A DNA stretch of 64,000 bases from a virus (Duplodnaviria > Caudoviricetes): positions 96,001-160,000 of IMG/VR virus record IMGVR_UViG_3300013121_000033; one strand, given 5' to 3'. The first letter of the stretch is position 1; every line of letters starts with the position of its first letter. The notes beneath the pieces are model-generated. The model was not told the origin of the DNA and made no database searches. It worked only from the letters and a program-made list of their open reading frames with translations. The position numbers and the translations under genes are program-made. Of this stretch, positions 19,805 through 27,244 are shown piece by piece.

Positions 19805-20791
19805 TCAGCCCGCTGGGAACCAGTAGACGGCGGCGTCCGGGGCGAGAGGATCGTGGAGGCGTCGAGGTTTGCTGCGCCCGTACTGCTCGATCATCGTGTC
19901 GATGAACTGGACGCCGACCTGGCCGGGTTCCCGTTGCCGCAACTGGACCGTCACCCCGTTGTGGGACACAGAGGTGGCGTTGGTGGGCAACGCGCATTGG
20001 TCGCTGCCGTCGAGTTGCAGGTGCATCTCGCATGCGAGGCGCTTCGCTGCACGGATGAGCGGGTCGGGGGGGGGTTCGCCGACGGCGATGTGGAACCACC
20101 ACGAGTTCTCGGCGCCGAGGGGTCGGTCCATGTCTTGCAGGGGCCACGGCAGCAGCGGTGATTCGTCGCCGTCCCAACCCTTCTGTGCGATGACGAACCG
20201 TTGGCGTTCGACCCGGTAGTAGTCGGGGGAGATCACCGTCCCGTTGACGTATACGCCGAGCACGGTGACCGGGCCGCGGACATAGTTGCGCAGGTCGATC
20301 TGGTCGGCGGGGGTGCGCCAGCGGCGCGTCGCACACCGGCGTGAGTCGGTGTACGGGCGGATCAGCGCTTCGCAGACCCCGGTCCAGTAGCCGCCGGTGG
20401 CGTCGAACAGCCAGCGTGTCGCCTCTGCGGCGAGGTCATCGGCGGTGTACCCGACGTCGTCGGGGATGGTGCAGTCGAGGTCGGAGCCGGTGATCCACGG
20501 GTCGCACGGGCCGCGGCGCAGCGCGTCGGGCGGTGCGACGGTGACGTCGACATCGGTGGCGGCCGATCCGGCGTCCGTGGCCGCCGTGACCGTGACGGGG
20601 TAGCGGCCGGGAATCGGGTAGGAGTGGGTGAACTCGTCACCGGGGGAGCCGGTCGACGTGCCGGTCCCCCAGTCGACGGTGATCGTGATGTCGCCGTCGT
20701 CGGCGTCGGTGGAGGTGATCGTCCACGCGACCTGTTCGGGCAGCGTCAGCGAAGTGGCGCCGGTGACGGTCGGGGCGGTGGGGACGGCCAT
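19805..20791 (-). CDS. Head-to-tail adaptor with N-terminal PKD/Ig-like domain
   Basis: N-terminal VDWG..THSY..PGRYPVTVTA (PKD signature); C-terminal 'AAKRLACE..CALP..TSVSHNGVT' adaptor-like motif. Confidence 0.7.
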   Translation of the reverse strand: MAVPTAPTVTGATSLTLPEQVAWTITSTDADDGDITITVDWGTGTSTGSPGDEFTHSYPIPGRYPVTVTAATDAGSAATDVDVTVAPPDALRRGPCDPWITGSDLDCTIPDDVGYTADDLAAEATRWLFDATGGYWTGVCEALIRPYTDSRRCATRRWRTPADQIDLRNYVRGPVTVLGVYVNGTVISPDYYRVERQRFVIAQKGWDGDESPLLPWPLQDMDRPLGAENSWWFHIAVGEPPPDPLIRAAKRLACEMHLQLDGSDQCALPTNATSVSHNGVTVQLRQREPGQVGVQFIDTMIEQYGRSKPRRLHDPLAPDAAVYWFPAG

Positions 20792-20817
20792 GGGGTCAAG
20801 TATCTACCGGGCGTGCG

Positions 20818-21030
20818 TCAGAACTCGATCCCGAGGCGATCGCACAGTTCACGGATCGCTGTGCGAGCGGCTTCGGCACGGGAGATGCGGCGGCCGCAGT
20901 CGGTGGTGAGACGGTCGGCGAGGCGGTCGAGAACGTCGGATTCGTCTTCGCTCATCGAGATCGACACGCCGACGCGTCGCTCTGACAGCGGCTTTCGAGT
21001 GCGGCGCGGTGGGGGCGGGGCCGTCATCAT
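20818..21030 (-). CDS. Ribbon-helix-helix-like DNA-binding protein
   Basis: RVGVSISMS strand followed by helices ..ISRAEAARTAIRE. Confidence 0.6.
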   Translation of the reverse strand: MMTAPPPPRRTRKPLSERRVGVSISMSEDESDVLDRLADRLTTDCGRRISRAEAARTAIRELCDRLGIEF

Positions 21031-21410
21031 TCGTCGTCGTCCTCGCCGAGCGCCATCCCCAAGAGCTTGTTGATGTGCAGGATGATGCCTTCGACGATGT
21101 GGAGCCACGGCTGTGCGGCGGCGACGGCCATCCACCAGATGAACCCGTAGACGAACCCGCCGCGTCGGTGGCGGCGAGTGGCGACAGTGACCGCAGCGGA
21201 GAACCAGACCCCGAGGCACCAGGGGCAGGTGATGAGGTCGAGGAACCAGCCGCGGATCGGGCCGCCTTTCTCGCACCATTCGTGGAGTGCTTCGCGTGGT
21301 TCGTCGAAGATCGTGTCCTCGATCGCCAGGCGGACGAGCCGGTAGGTGGCGCCGACGCTGAGCCCGTACAGCAGTGCTCGGTCAGCCGATGTGTTGCGTT
21401 GGGCAACCAT
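21027..21410 (-). CDS. DUF1360-like membrane protein
   Basis: ATYRLVRL..EDTI and LITCPWCLGVW motifs. Confidence 0.75.
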   Translation of the reverse strand: MVAQRNTSADRALLYGLSVGATYRLVRLAIEDTIFDEPREALHEWCEKGGPIRGWFLDLITCPWCLGVWFSAAVTVATRRHRRGGFVYGFIWWMAVAAAQPWLHIVEGIILHINKLLGMALGEDDDE

Positions 21411-21532
21411 GACGGAGGGAGGCTACCGACCGGGTTGCTGCGAGGCGCGCATCCTCGTCGAGGTTCGGACCGCCCGGCGCCACGCGCACGGCGCGGCGGG
21501 GAGGGAGAGGCGACGCGGGCAGCGCCGGACGG

Positions 21533-21913
21533 TCAGGGATTCCGCCGAACGGCGGCTTCGGTGTACCGCACGACGCCAGTGTCGTCGAGGTGGCGGTATG
21601 CGATCCACTCGGTCGTGCCGTCCTCGCCGATGTGGACAGCGACAACAGCGGGGAGGGCGGACGGGTCGGTGGCGAGGTAGTCGCCCCACTCGTCGGTGGC
21701 AGGGTGTCCCCAGGTGCGGTGCAGGACGGCGAACTCGCCAACTGCAATGTCGAGGTCGGCGAAGTAGCTGGCAGCCGTCGCCGCGGCCTCGACGGTGTCG
21801 TGGGTGTCGACCCCGGTGATGACAGACGTGGACGCGCCAACAGGGACCGCTGCGACGGCGTCGCGTCGGTCACCGGATGCGATGTAGTGCTCGATTGCCT
21901 CGACCACGTTCAT
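21533..21913 (-). CDS. Hypothetical protein
   Basis: TTGCCT-17-TATCAT promoter 7 nt upstream of ATG 21913. Confidence 0.6.
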   Translation of the reverse strand: MNVVEAIEHYIASGDRRDAVAAVPVGASTSVITGVDTHDTVEAAATAASYFADLDIAVGEFAVLHRTWGHPATDEWGDYLATDPSALPAVVAVHIGEDGTTEWIAYRHLDDTGVVRYTEAAVRRNP

Positions 21914-22006
21914 GGTGTTCATGATACGTCAACACCTTGTGTTAGGCAACATAACTCTGTGATGTGGAGCGGCCGCGTGACCGGTCCGCCCCGTACCCTG
22001 AACACC

Positions 22007-22447
22007 GTGCTGGCGACCCATCTATCCGTCGTGATCGCCGTCGGTGACCCCGGATTCCCGGAGTGGTTGTCGTCAGGTGGGTCGCTCGCTGTTCTCATCG
22101 GGGTCGTCGGCCTGTTCCTGTCAGGAAAGATCACCACGGCCAAGGACGTCGAAGAGCGGCTAGAGCAGCACCGTCACACCTGTGACGCTGAACTGCTTGC
22201 TGCAAGCACTCGCATCGAGTTGTTGTCCAACCACCTCGCCGACGTCACCCAGGACCGGGACAAGTGGCGCGAAGCAGCGGAGGAAGCCAACCGTGCTCTC
22301 GCGATGGCTGAGTCGACGACGGAGAAGGCGCTCGAATCGGGACGGATGGCGACAGCGCTTCTGGCCGCTCTGCAAACGGCGCTCGAACGTGGGTATCCCA
22401 AGGGTGAGTCTTCCATTCGAGGAACCGGAGATGGAGCCCCAACCTGA
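22007..22447 (+). CDS. Membrane-anchored coiled-coil protein (lysis cassette)
   Basis: N-terminal TM (GGSLAVLIGVVGLFLSG) then coiled coil; GTG 7 nt after TACCCT. Confidence 0.65.
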   Translation: MLATHLSVVIAVGDPGFPEWLSSGGSLAVLIGVVGLFLSGKITTAKDVEERLEQHRHTCDAELLAASTRIELLSNHLADVTQDRDKWREAAEEANRALAMAESTTEKALESGRMATALLAALQTALERGYPKGESSIRGTGDGAPT

Positions 22448-22628
22448 CATGGCAGCAGCGATCACACCGGCGTTGACCGCCGACCAGGCGCTCGCCCGCG
22501 CCCGCGCCTCCAAGGAACGTCTGACGGCCTGTGTCGAAGAGGTCGACCGGGTCCACGAAGCGACGACCCGGTTGACGAAGGCCAATCACTTCGTCGAGAT
22601 GTTCGAAGCCGTTCTCGCTGGGAGGTGA
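22431..22628 (+). CDS. Small helical protein (lysis cassette)
   Basis: GGAG RBS; C-terminal 'ANHFVEMFE' motif of the kind seen next to actinophage holins. Confidence 0.55.
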   Translation: MEPQPDMAAAITPALTADQALARARASKERLTACVEEVDRVHEATTRLTKANHFVEMFEAVLAGR

Positions 22629-22635
22629 CCAAGCC

Positions 22636-22998
22636 GTGATCGGGTTCCTTGATTGCGCCGTTCGTACCGGCGGGGGCTGCGCGCCTCAGGTGTACGGGTG
22701 GATGCTCGGGGCGGTGATCGCCTACGGGCTGGCCGCGTCGGTCGCGTTCCTCGTTGCCTGGTGGGGGGCAGACCCGCGCCGACCGTTGAAGTCGTCGTCG
22801 TATCTTGAGGTGTGGCTGACCCCCACCGTGTTCTCCGTCATCTACTTCCGCCAGTTGGTTCGCATCTTGCGAGCAGACACGGGGTTGGTGCTGATCGGAT
22901 GGTGGGACACCCTGTTCCAGGTTGCTGTCGTCGTGGGGATGACCACTATCGTCACGCTCCGATGGATGAACTGGCGGCGGACGACGGGACCGTCCTGA
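22636..22998 (+). CDS. Membrane protein (about 3 TM)
   Basis: Hydrophobic segments; operon context. Confidence 0.65.
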   Translation: MIGFLDCAVRTGGGCAPQVYGWMLGAVIAYGLAASVAFLVAWWGADPRRPLKSSSYLEVWLTPTVFSVIYFRQLVRILRADTGLVLIGWWDTLFQVAVVVGMTTIVTLRWMNWRRTTGPS

Positions 22999-23012
22999 AC
23001 GGGCTTCACCAG

Positions 23013-23342
23013 GTGACCGTCGGCGGGTGCACGTCGTATGGGGCGACGGTGTTGCTCGGGTTCGTGTGCACGCTCGGGTTCTTCGTCGCTCTCATCTACC
23101 TGGCCCGCCACCGGCCTCGCGGTGAAGCACTCCCCGCGTATGCGGCAGCGTTGGCGTCGCTGCTGTTCGACGCCAACGTGATCTGGCGTATCCAGTACGG
23201 CCCGGCGTCGAGGTTCGGGTCGTGGTGGCACTACGCGTCGTCGTTCGCGGCGTTCACGCTGGTGAACCTCTCAGTGGCGCTGCGTCTCTACAGGTGGCGG
23301 CTGAACCGTTTCAACTGGCCTACCGGCCCGCCGTCCGAGTAG
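23013..23342 (+). CDS. Membrane protein (about 3 TM)
   Basis: Hydrophobic segments; start uncertain. Confidence 0.55.
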   Translation: MTVGGCTSYGATVLLGFVCTLGFFVALIYLARHRPRGEALPAYAAALASLLFDANVIWRIQYGPASRFGSWWHYASSFAAFTLVNLSVALRLYRWRLNRFNWPTGPPSE

Positions 23343-23404
23343 CGGGGTCCCCCGGTTCGTGGGGGTTGCCTCGTATCCTCCGCGGTCAAGACGGAGGTGC
23401 ACAC

Positions 23405-23884
23405 ATGCTCGCTGAGACGACGGTAACGGCAGGCGCGGGGATGTTGACGGTGGCGGCAGCGACCGGCCTGGCTGCGACGGTGAAGAAGGCGTACGACTTG
23501 TCGAAGCAGGTCGCGAACCAGAACTGGCATGACGTGGTCGCGCAGCTACTCGCGTGGGGCCTCGGGGTGCTCGTGGTGTGGGCGTGGTCGAAGTCCGACA
23601 TCTACGGGGCCGCTGTGCAGTTGCCGGGTTCGGGGAACACGTTGGCGTCGGCGGACCTGTGGTCGGTCATCGTGATCGGCGTGACAGCCGGATCGACCGG
23701 TGGCGTCTTGTTCTCCGACATCCCGAAGGCGATCGACCGCACACAGACCGCAGCGATGCCGAAGCTGTTCCCCGGCGACAACGATCCGCTGGCGACAGTG
23801 CCGCCTGTCGCCCCCCCGGTCCCAGTGCAGACGGTCGGTCAGGTGGGGGTGCCCGCCCATTTCCCTCAGTGGCCCTCGGACTGA
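23405..23884 (+). CDS. Putative holin
   Basis: GGAGG RBS; about 3 TM segments; upstream of the endolysin. Confidence 0.6.
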   Translation: MLAETTVTAGAGMLTVAAATGLAATVKKAYDLSKQVANQNWHDVVAQLLAWGLGVLVVWAWSKSDIYGAAVQLPGSGNTLASADLWSVIVIGVTAGSTGGVLFSDIPKAIDRTQTAAMPKLFPGDNDPLATVPPVAPPVPVQTVGQVGVPAHFPQWPSD

Positions 23885-23919
23885 CCGGTTCGGGGGAACC
23901 GACGCCGACAGTGGCGGAG

Positions 23920-24063
23920 ATGGACGAAGTGGCCCTCTGGGCGTACGACGGCGTCGAGGGCGTCGCCATCGTCAACATCGACGACGAGGACACCCACGAG
24001 GACCGGGTCCCGAGGCACGGGTGGACCCCCCGCTTCTGGACCGACCCGAGGCGGTACGCATAG
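23920..24063 (+). CDS. Small acidic hypothetical protein
   Basis: MDEVALWAYD..., abuts the endolysin start. Confidence 0.45.
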   Translation: MDEVALWAYDGVEGVAIVNIDDEDTHEDRVPRHGWTPRFWTDPRRYA

Positions 24064-24801
24064 ATGCCGGTCCTGTCGCAGACGGGGCTCGCGAAGGCGT
24101 GGGGGCCGCCGTGCACTGGTGAACGCCTCTCGATCAAGCTGTTCGGCACCGGGGTCGTCACGGTCCGAGCGTCGCTCGGTGACGCCGTCCTCGCGTTCGA
24201 CGCGTGCTGCCGCTACTACAACTACCCGACCCGCCGCATCGACACCGGCGCCTACGCATGCCGCAAGAAGCGGGGCCTGTCTGGCTGGTCGAACCACGCG
24301 TACGCGACGGCCATGGACATCAACTGGCTGTCGAACCTGTACGGCCGGAAGCTCGTCACGGACATGCCCCCCGAGTTCCGGGCCGCGTTCAAAGCGATCC
24401 GCACGAAGAGCGGAGTCCAGGTGTGGGGTTGGGGCGGGGACTGGAAAGGCATCAAAGATGCCATGCATGTCGAGGTCATTTGTTCTCCCGCCGATATCTG
24501 GTCGGGGATCGACCCGGCAACGGTCCCGGGCGGGATGCAGTGGCCGCCGCCACCGCCAGTTACCGGCACGCCGGTCGAGGACGCTCCCCCCGAGCAGGAG
24601 GAAGAGGACATGGTCATCTACCAGCAGAACTACGGGAAGGGGTTCGCGGCGCTGTCGAACGGCGGCTACCTCGTGTACCTCGACTCAGAGCAGTTGGCGT
24701 TCTGGGAGGGCCGGATGAACGTCCCGAAGGAAGTCGTGATCGCACGCGAGTGGGACCTGATCCGTACCGTGCACATCAACGGCCAGTCGGTGCCCCGCTA
24801 G
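24064..24801 (+). CDS. Endolysin, M15-family metallopeptidase
   Basis: SNHAYATAMDIN (SxHxxxxAxD), WGGDW and DAMHVE zinc-ligand motifs. Confidence 0.88.
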   Translation: MPVLSQTGLAKAWGPPCTGERLSIKLFGTGVVTVRASLGDAVLAFDACCRYYNYPTRRIDTGAYACRKKRGLSGWSNHAYATAMDINWLSNLYGRKLVTDMPPEFRAAFKAIRTKSGVQVWGWGGDWKGIKDAMHVEVICSPADIWSGIDPATVPGGMQWPPPPPVTGTPVEDAPPEQEEEDMVIYQQNYGKGFAALSNGGYLVYLDSEQLAFWEGRMNVPKEVVIAREWDLIRTVHINGQSVPR

Positions 24802-24812
24802 CCCGGCACCAG

Positions 24813-24830
24813 GTGACCCTACGAGGTCAC
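24813..24830. terminator. Hairpin between the endolysin and the convergent tRNA operon
   Basis: GTGACC-CTACGA-GGTCAC. Confidence 0.4.
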
Positions 24831-24837
24831 TCGCCAG

Positions 24838-24911
24838 TGTCCCCAGTCGGATTCGAACCGACGATGACCGGAGTGAAAGTCCGGCGACTTGGACCGCTAG
24901 TCGATGGGGGC
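24838..24911 (-). tRNA. tRNA-Glu(TTC)
   Basis: Cloverleaf; CCGGA-CT-TTC-AC-TCCGG anticodon arm; TTCGAAT T loop; C2:A71 mismatch; no encoded CCA. Confidence 0.9.
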
Positions 24912-24912
24912 T

Positions 24913-24988
24913 TGGCACCGCGCACGAGATTCGAACTCGTAACCTCCGCCGTGAGAAGGCGGTGTGCTGCCAGTTGCACCAGCGCGGC
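24913..24988 (-). tRNA. tRNA-Glu(CTC)
   Basis: CCGCC-TT-CTC-AC-GGCGG anticodon arm; encoded CCA. Confidence 0.92.
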
Positions 24989-25018
24989 TCGAACTACAAG
25001 AGGCCATCGGGTGCAGCG

Positions 25019-25091
25019 TTCCGAGGGGAGGACTCGAACCTCCGGCCTCCCGATCCAGAGTCGGGCGTTCCGCCAACTGAACTACCTCGGA
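25019..25091 (-). tRNA. tRNA-Gln(CTG)
   Basis: TCCGAGG/CCTCGGA acceptor (U1-A72); CCCGA-CT-CTG-GA-TCGGG anticodon arm. Confidence 0.92.
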
Positions 25092-25093
25092 GC

Positions 25094-25136
25094 GGTGGGG
25101 GCTCCCCGAGGCGTGACGCGTTCGGGGAGCTACACC
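25094..25136 (-). promoter_or_regulatory. Putative attenuator/switch hairpin after the leader ORF
   Basis: GGTG-TA-GCTCCCCGAACGCG-TCA-CGCCTCGGGGAGC-CC-CCACC begins at the leader stop codon. Confidence 0.6.
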
Positions 25137-25189
25137 TGGCGCTGCGGCCGACGGCCGGTGCGCTCTCGATGTTCTCGACGCCGAAGCAT
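25130..25189 (-). CDS. Putative leader peptide MLRRREHRERTGRRPQRQV of the Gln/Glu tRNA operon
   Basis: ATG 7 nt after TGTGG-TACCGT; contains GAA, GAG and CAG x2. Confidence 0.55.
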   Translation of the reverse strand: MLRRREHRERTGRRPQRQV

Positions 25190-25194
25190 GCCGG

Positions 25195-25713
25195 TCACGG
25201 TACCACAGCAAGCGGCGACCACGACAAGTCATTCATGGCGTCGAGCAGGACGGCACGGGCAGGCGTCTCGACAGATGCCGGAGGGTCGAGCCAGCCGTCA
25301 GGGTTGAGAACGCTCTGTATCAAGGTGCGGCACCCGCGCTCGGCTGCCCATGCGCCGATGACGATGTGAGCGAGTATCGACGTCGACCCAGACCAACCGC
25401 CGCCCGTGTCGGTGATCCGGGTGTTGACCTCGATGAACGCTTCGCCGGGCCACACGCCGTCTGGTCGGCAGGAGGAGTCGTACTCGGCGAGGTTTCGTTC
25501 GAGCCCGGCATTCACAGTGAACCCCCAGCTTCCCCCGGCGTGCACCCCTTCCGGTATCCACCATTGCCAGGTGCCGCCGAGGTCCGGGTAGTCGTGGTGC
25601 GGGATCGGCTCGACACGGGGGCGGAGAGTGTGGAGCAGGCGGGCGACGGCGTCGCGTAACTCGACCGGGTTCACCGGGTCGAGGAACCGGACGGCGGAGT
25701 CGGGCGCGGTCAC
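25195..25713 (-). CDS. Hypothetical protein
   Basis: GTGA-coupled start. Confidence 0.6.
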   Translation of the reverse strand: MTAPDSAVRFLDPVNPVELRDAVARLLHTLRPRVEPIPHHDYPDLGGTWQWWIPEGVHAGGSWGFTVNAGLERNLAEYDSSCRPDGVWPGEAFIEVNTRITDTGGGWSGSTSILAHIVIGAWAAERGCRTLIQSVLNPDGWLDPPASVETPARAVLLDAMNDLSWSPLAVVP

Positions 25714-26294
25714 GTCCGTCCGAACCCGGGTACCGGGGTGGGCTGCCACGATGGGAGTTGTGGACGATGCGCGGCGATCCACGCCTTGACGCGCTCACGA
25801 ATCGTTGAAGCCGATGGCGGGGTGATGTCGAGCGCCCAGTACAAGGTGCAGTAGTAGGCGACGTCGGCGACGACGCCGACCACTGTCGCAGTACCGGTCA
25901 TGACCGTCTCGTGTCTCGCCGCCATGACCGTTGTCCATGCGTAGAAGAACAGGTCGATGACGAGGAACACGGGTGCGGCGCGCCGGGCGGCGTGGACGAT
26001 GTTGACCGGGATCATGCCGTGACGGTTGGCTTGCCGTTCGACATCACTGAGATGCCGCCAGTAGAGAACACACACGCCGGACCACGCGGCGAACAGGACC
26101 CAATCGCCGACCGAGTCCCAATACTCCGGGGTCATGGCGGTACGGGCTGTCTCGCAGGCGAGGTACACGGTCATCGACACGCGGGTGAGCGTGAAGTTCG
26201 ACCAGCCCGTCACCCGGTGCGCGGCTCGGAGTGCCCGATGGAACCACGGTGCGACGGCGCGGTCGACGCGAGGCAGGTACGGGTGGAGCCTCAT
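25710..26294 (-). CDS. Membrane protein
   Basis: ATGA coupling; about 4 hydrophobic segments. Confidence 0.65.
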   Translation of the reverse strand: MRLHPYLPRVDRAVAPWFHRALRAAHRVTGWSNFTLTRVSMTVYLACETARTAMTPEYWDSVGDWVLFAAWSGVCVLYWRHLSDVERQANRHGMIPVNIVHAARRAAPVFLVIDLFFYAWTTVMAARHETVMTGTATVVGVVADVAYYCTLYWALDITPPSASTIRERVKAWIAAHRPQLPSWQPTPVPGFGRT

Positions 26295-27244
26295 GACACC
26301 TGCCGTTGGCGAAGCTGGTAGGCGGATGTCTGGCAGGACCGCGAGCAGTAGCTCGGGACGCGGCCGCGGCGGCCGGTCGGGTGCGGCGGGAGGGTGTTCG
26401 AGCAGTCCGGGTGGGCGCAGGGGCGTTCGGGGGCAACGATCGCCGCGTTGGCGCGCACGGGGAGCGGCACGGGGACAGCGGCGCTTTCGCGGTGGCTGGT
26501 GGCGAACATGACGTCGCGTCGGTCGTCGGGGCAGAGGCGGCACGTCACACAGGCGCCGACGCCGTCGTCCATGAGGGAGAGGCGCCGGTTGTTCTCGGGG
26601 CATGCGACGGCGTCGTGGCCGGGGACGAGAGCGCGGGCAGTCGAGTAGTCGACGGCGCACAGCGCGAGACGGACCCCGGGATGGCGTGCCCGCACCGCTT
26701 CGGCGTCGGGGGCGTTCTCGGCGTCGACGGACAGGTAGAGGGCGAGGTTGGGGAGGCCGACGAACTCGGCGACAACGTCAACCGGTGGGCGGAAACTGCG
26801 GGTGTACGCCCAGAACTGGATGTCGCGGTGCCGGTCGATCACCGTCGCCCACGCTCGGGCGTAGTCAACGGAGAAGAAGTCGCCGTCCCAGTGGATGCGG
26901 AACAGGCGAAGTTCGGGGGGGAGCGCGGCGCGTGTCGCTGCCCGGTCGAACCTGCCAATCATCTCGTCGAGCAGGCCGGTCATCGCGTCGACGGTGCCCG
27001 CGGCTTGGAGGACGCGCAGGTTGTACTCGACCGCGGCGCGGACCCCGGCGGACTGCTCCGATCGGGACGCGTAGCAAGACCGGCAGAACTCGGTGGCGCC
27101 GGGACATGACGTGCCGGAGGGGAGGCCGAAGCTGTTGTGGATCGTCGCGAGCCACCGGCGGCGCGACGGCTGATAGATGCCGAGGGGGGCGACCTTGCGG
27201 TCCCGGCTGAGCTTGAGCTTGTCGTTCACGGTGTCGCTCTCCAC
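26291..27244 (-). CDS. Mycobacteriophage gp88-like Fe-S (radical SAM-like) protein
   Basis: SCPGATEFCRSCYA cysteine cluster, FRIHWDGDF, FWAYTRS, NLALYLSVD; additional C-terminal Cys motifs. Confidence 0.8.
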   Translation of the reverse strand: MESDTVNDKLKLSRDRKVAPLGIYQPSRRRWLATIHNSFGLPSGTSCPGATEFCRSCYASRSEQSAGVRAAVEYNLRVLQAAGTVDAMTGLLDEMIGRFDRAATRAALPPELRLFRIHWDGDFFSVDYARAWATVIDRHRDIQFWAYTRSFRPPVDVVAEFVGLPNLALYLSVDAENAPDAEAVRARHPGVRLALCAVDYSTARALVPGHDAVACPENNRRLSLMDDGVGACVTCRLCPDDRRDVMFATSHRESAAVPVPLPVRANAAIVAPERPCAHPDCSNTLPPHPTGRRGRVPSYCSRSCQTSAYQLRQRQVS

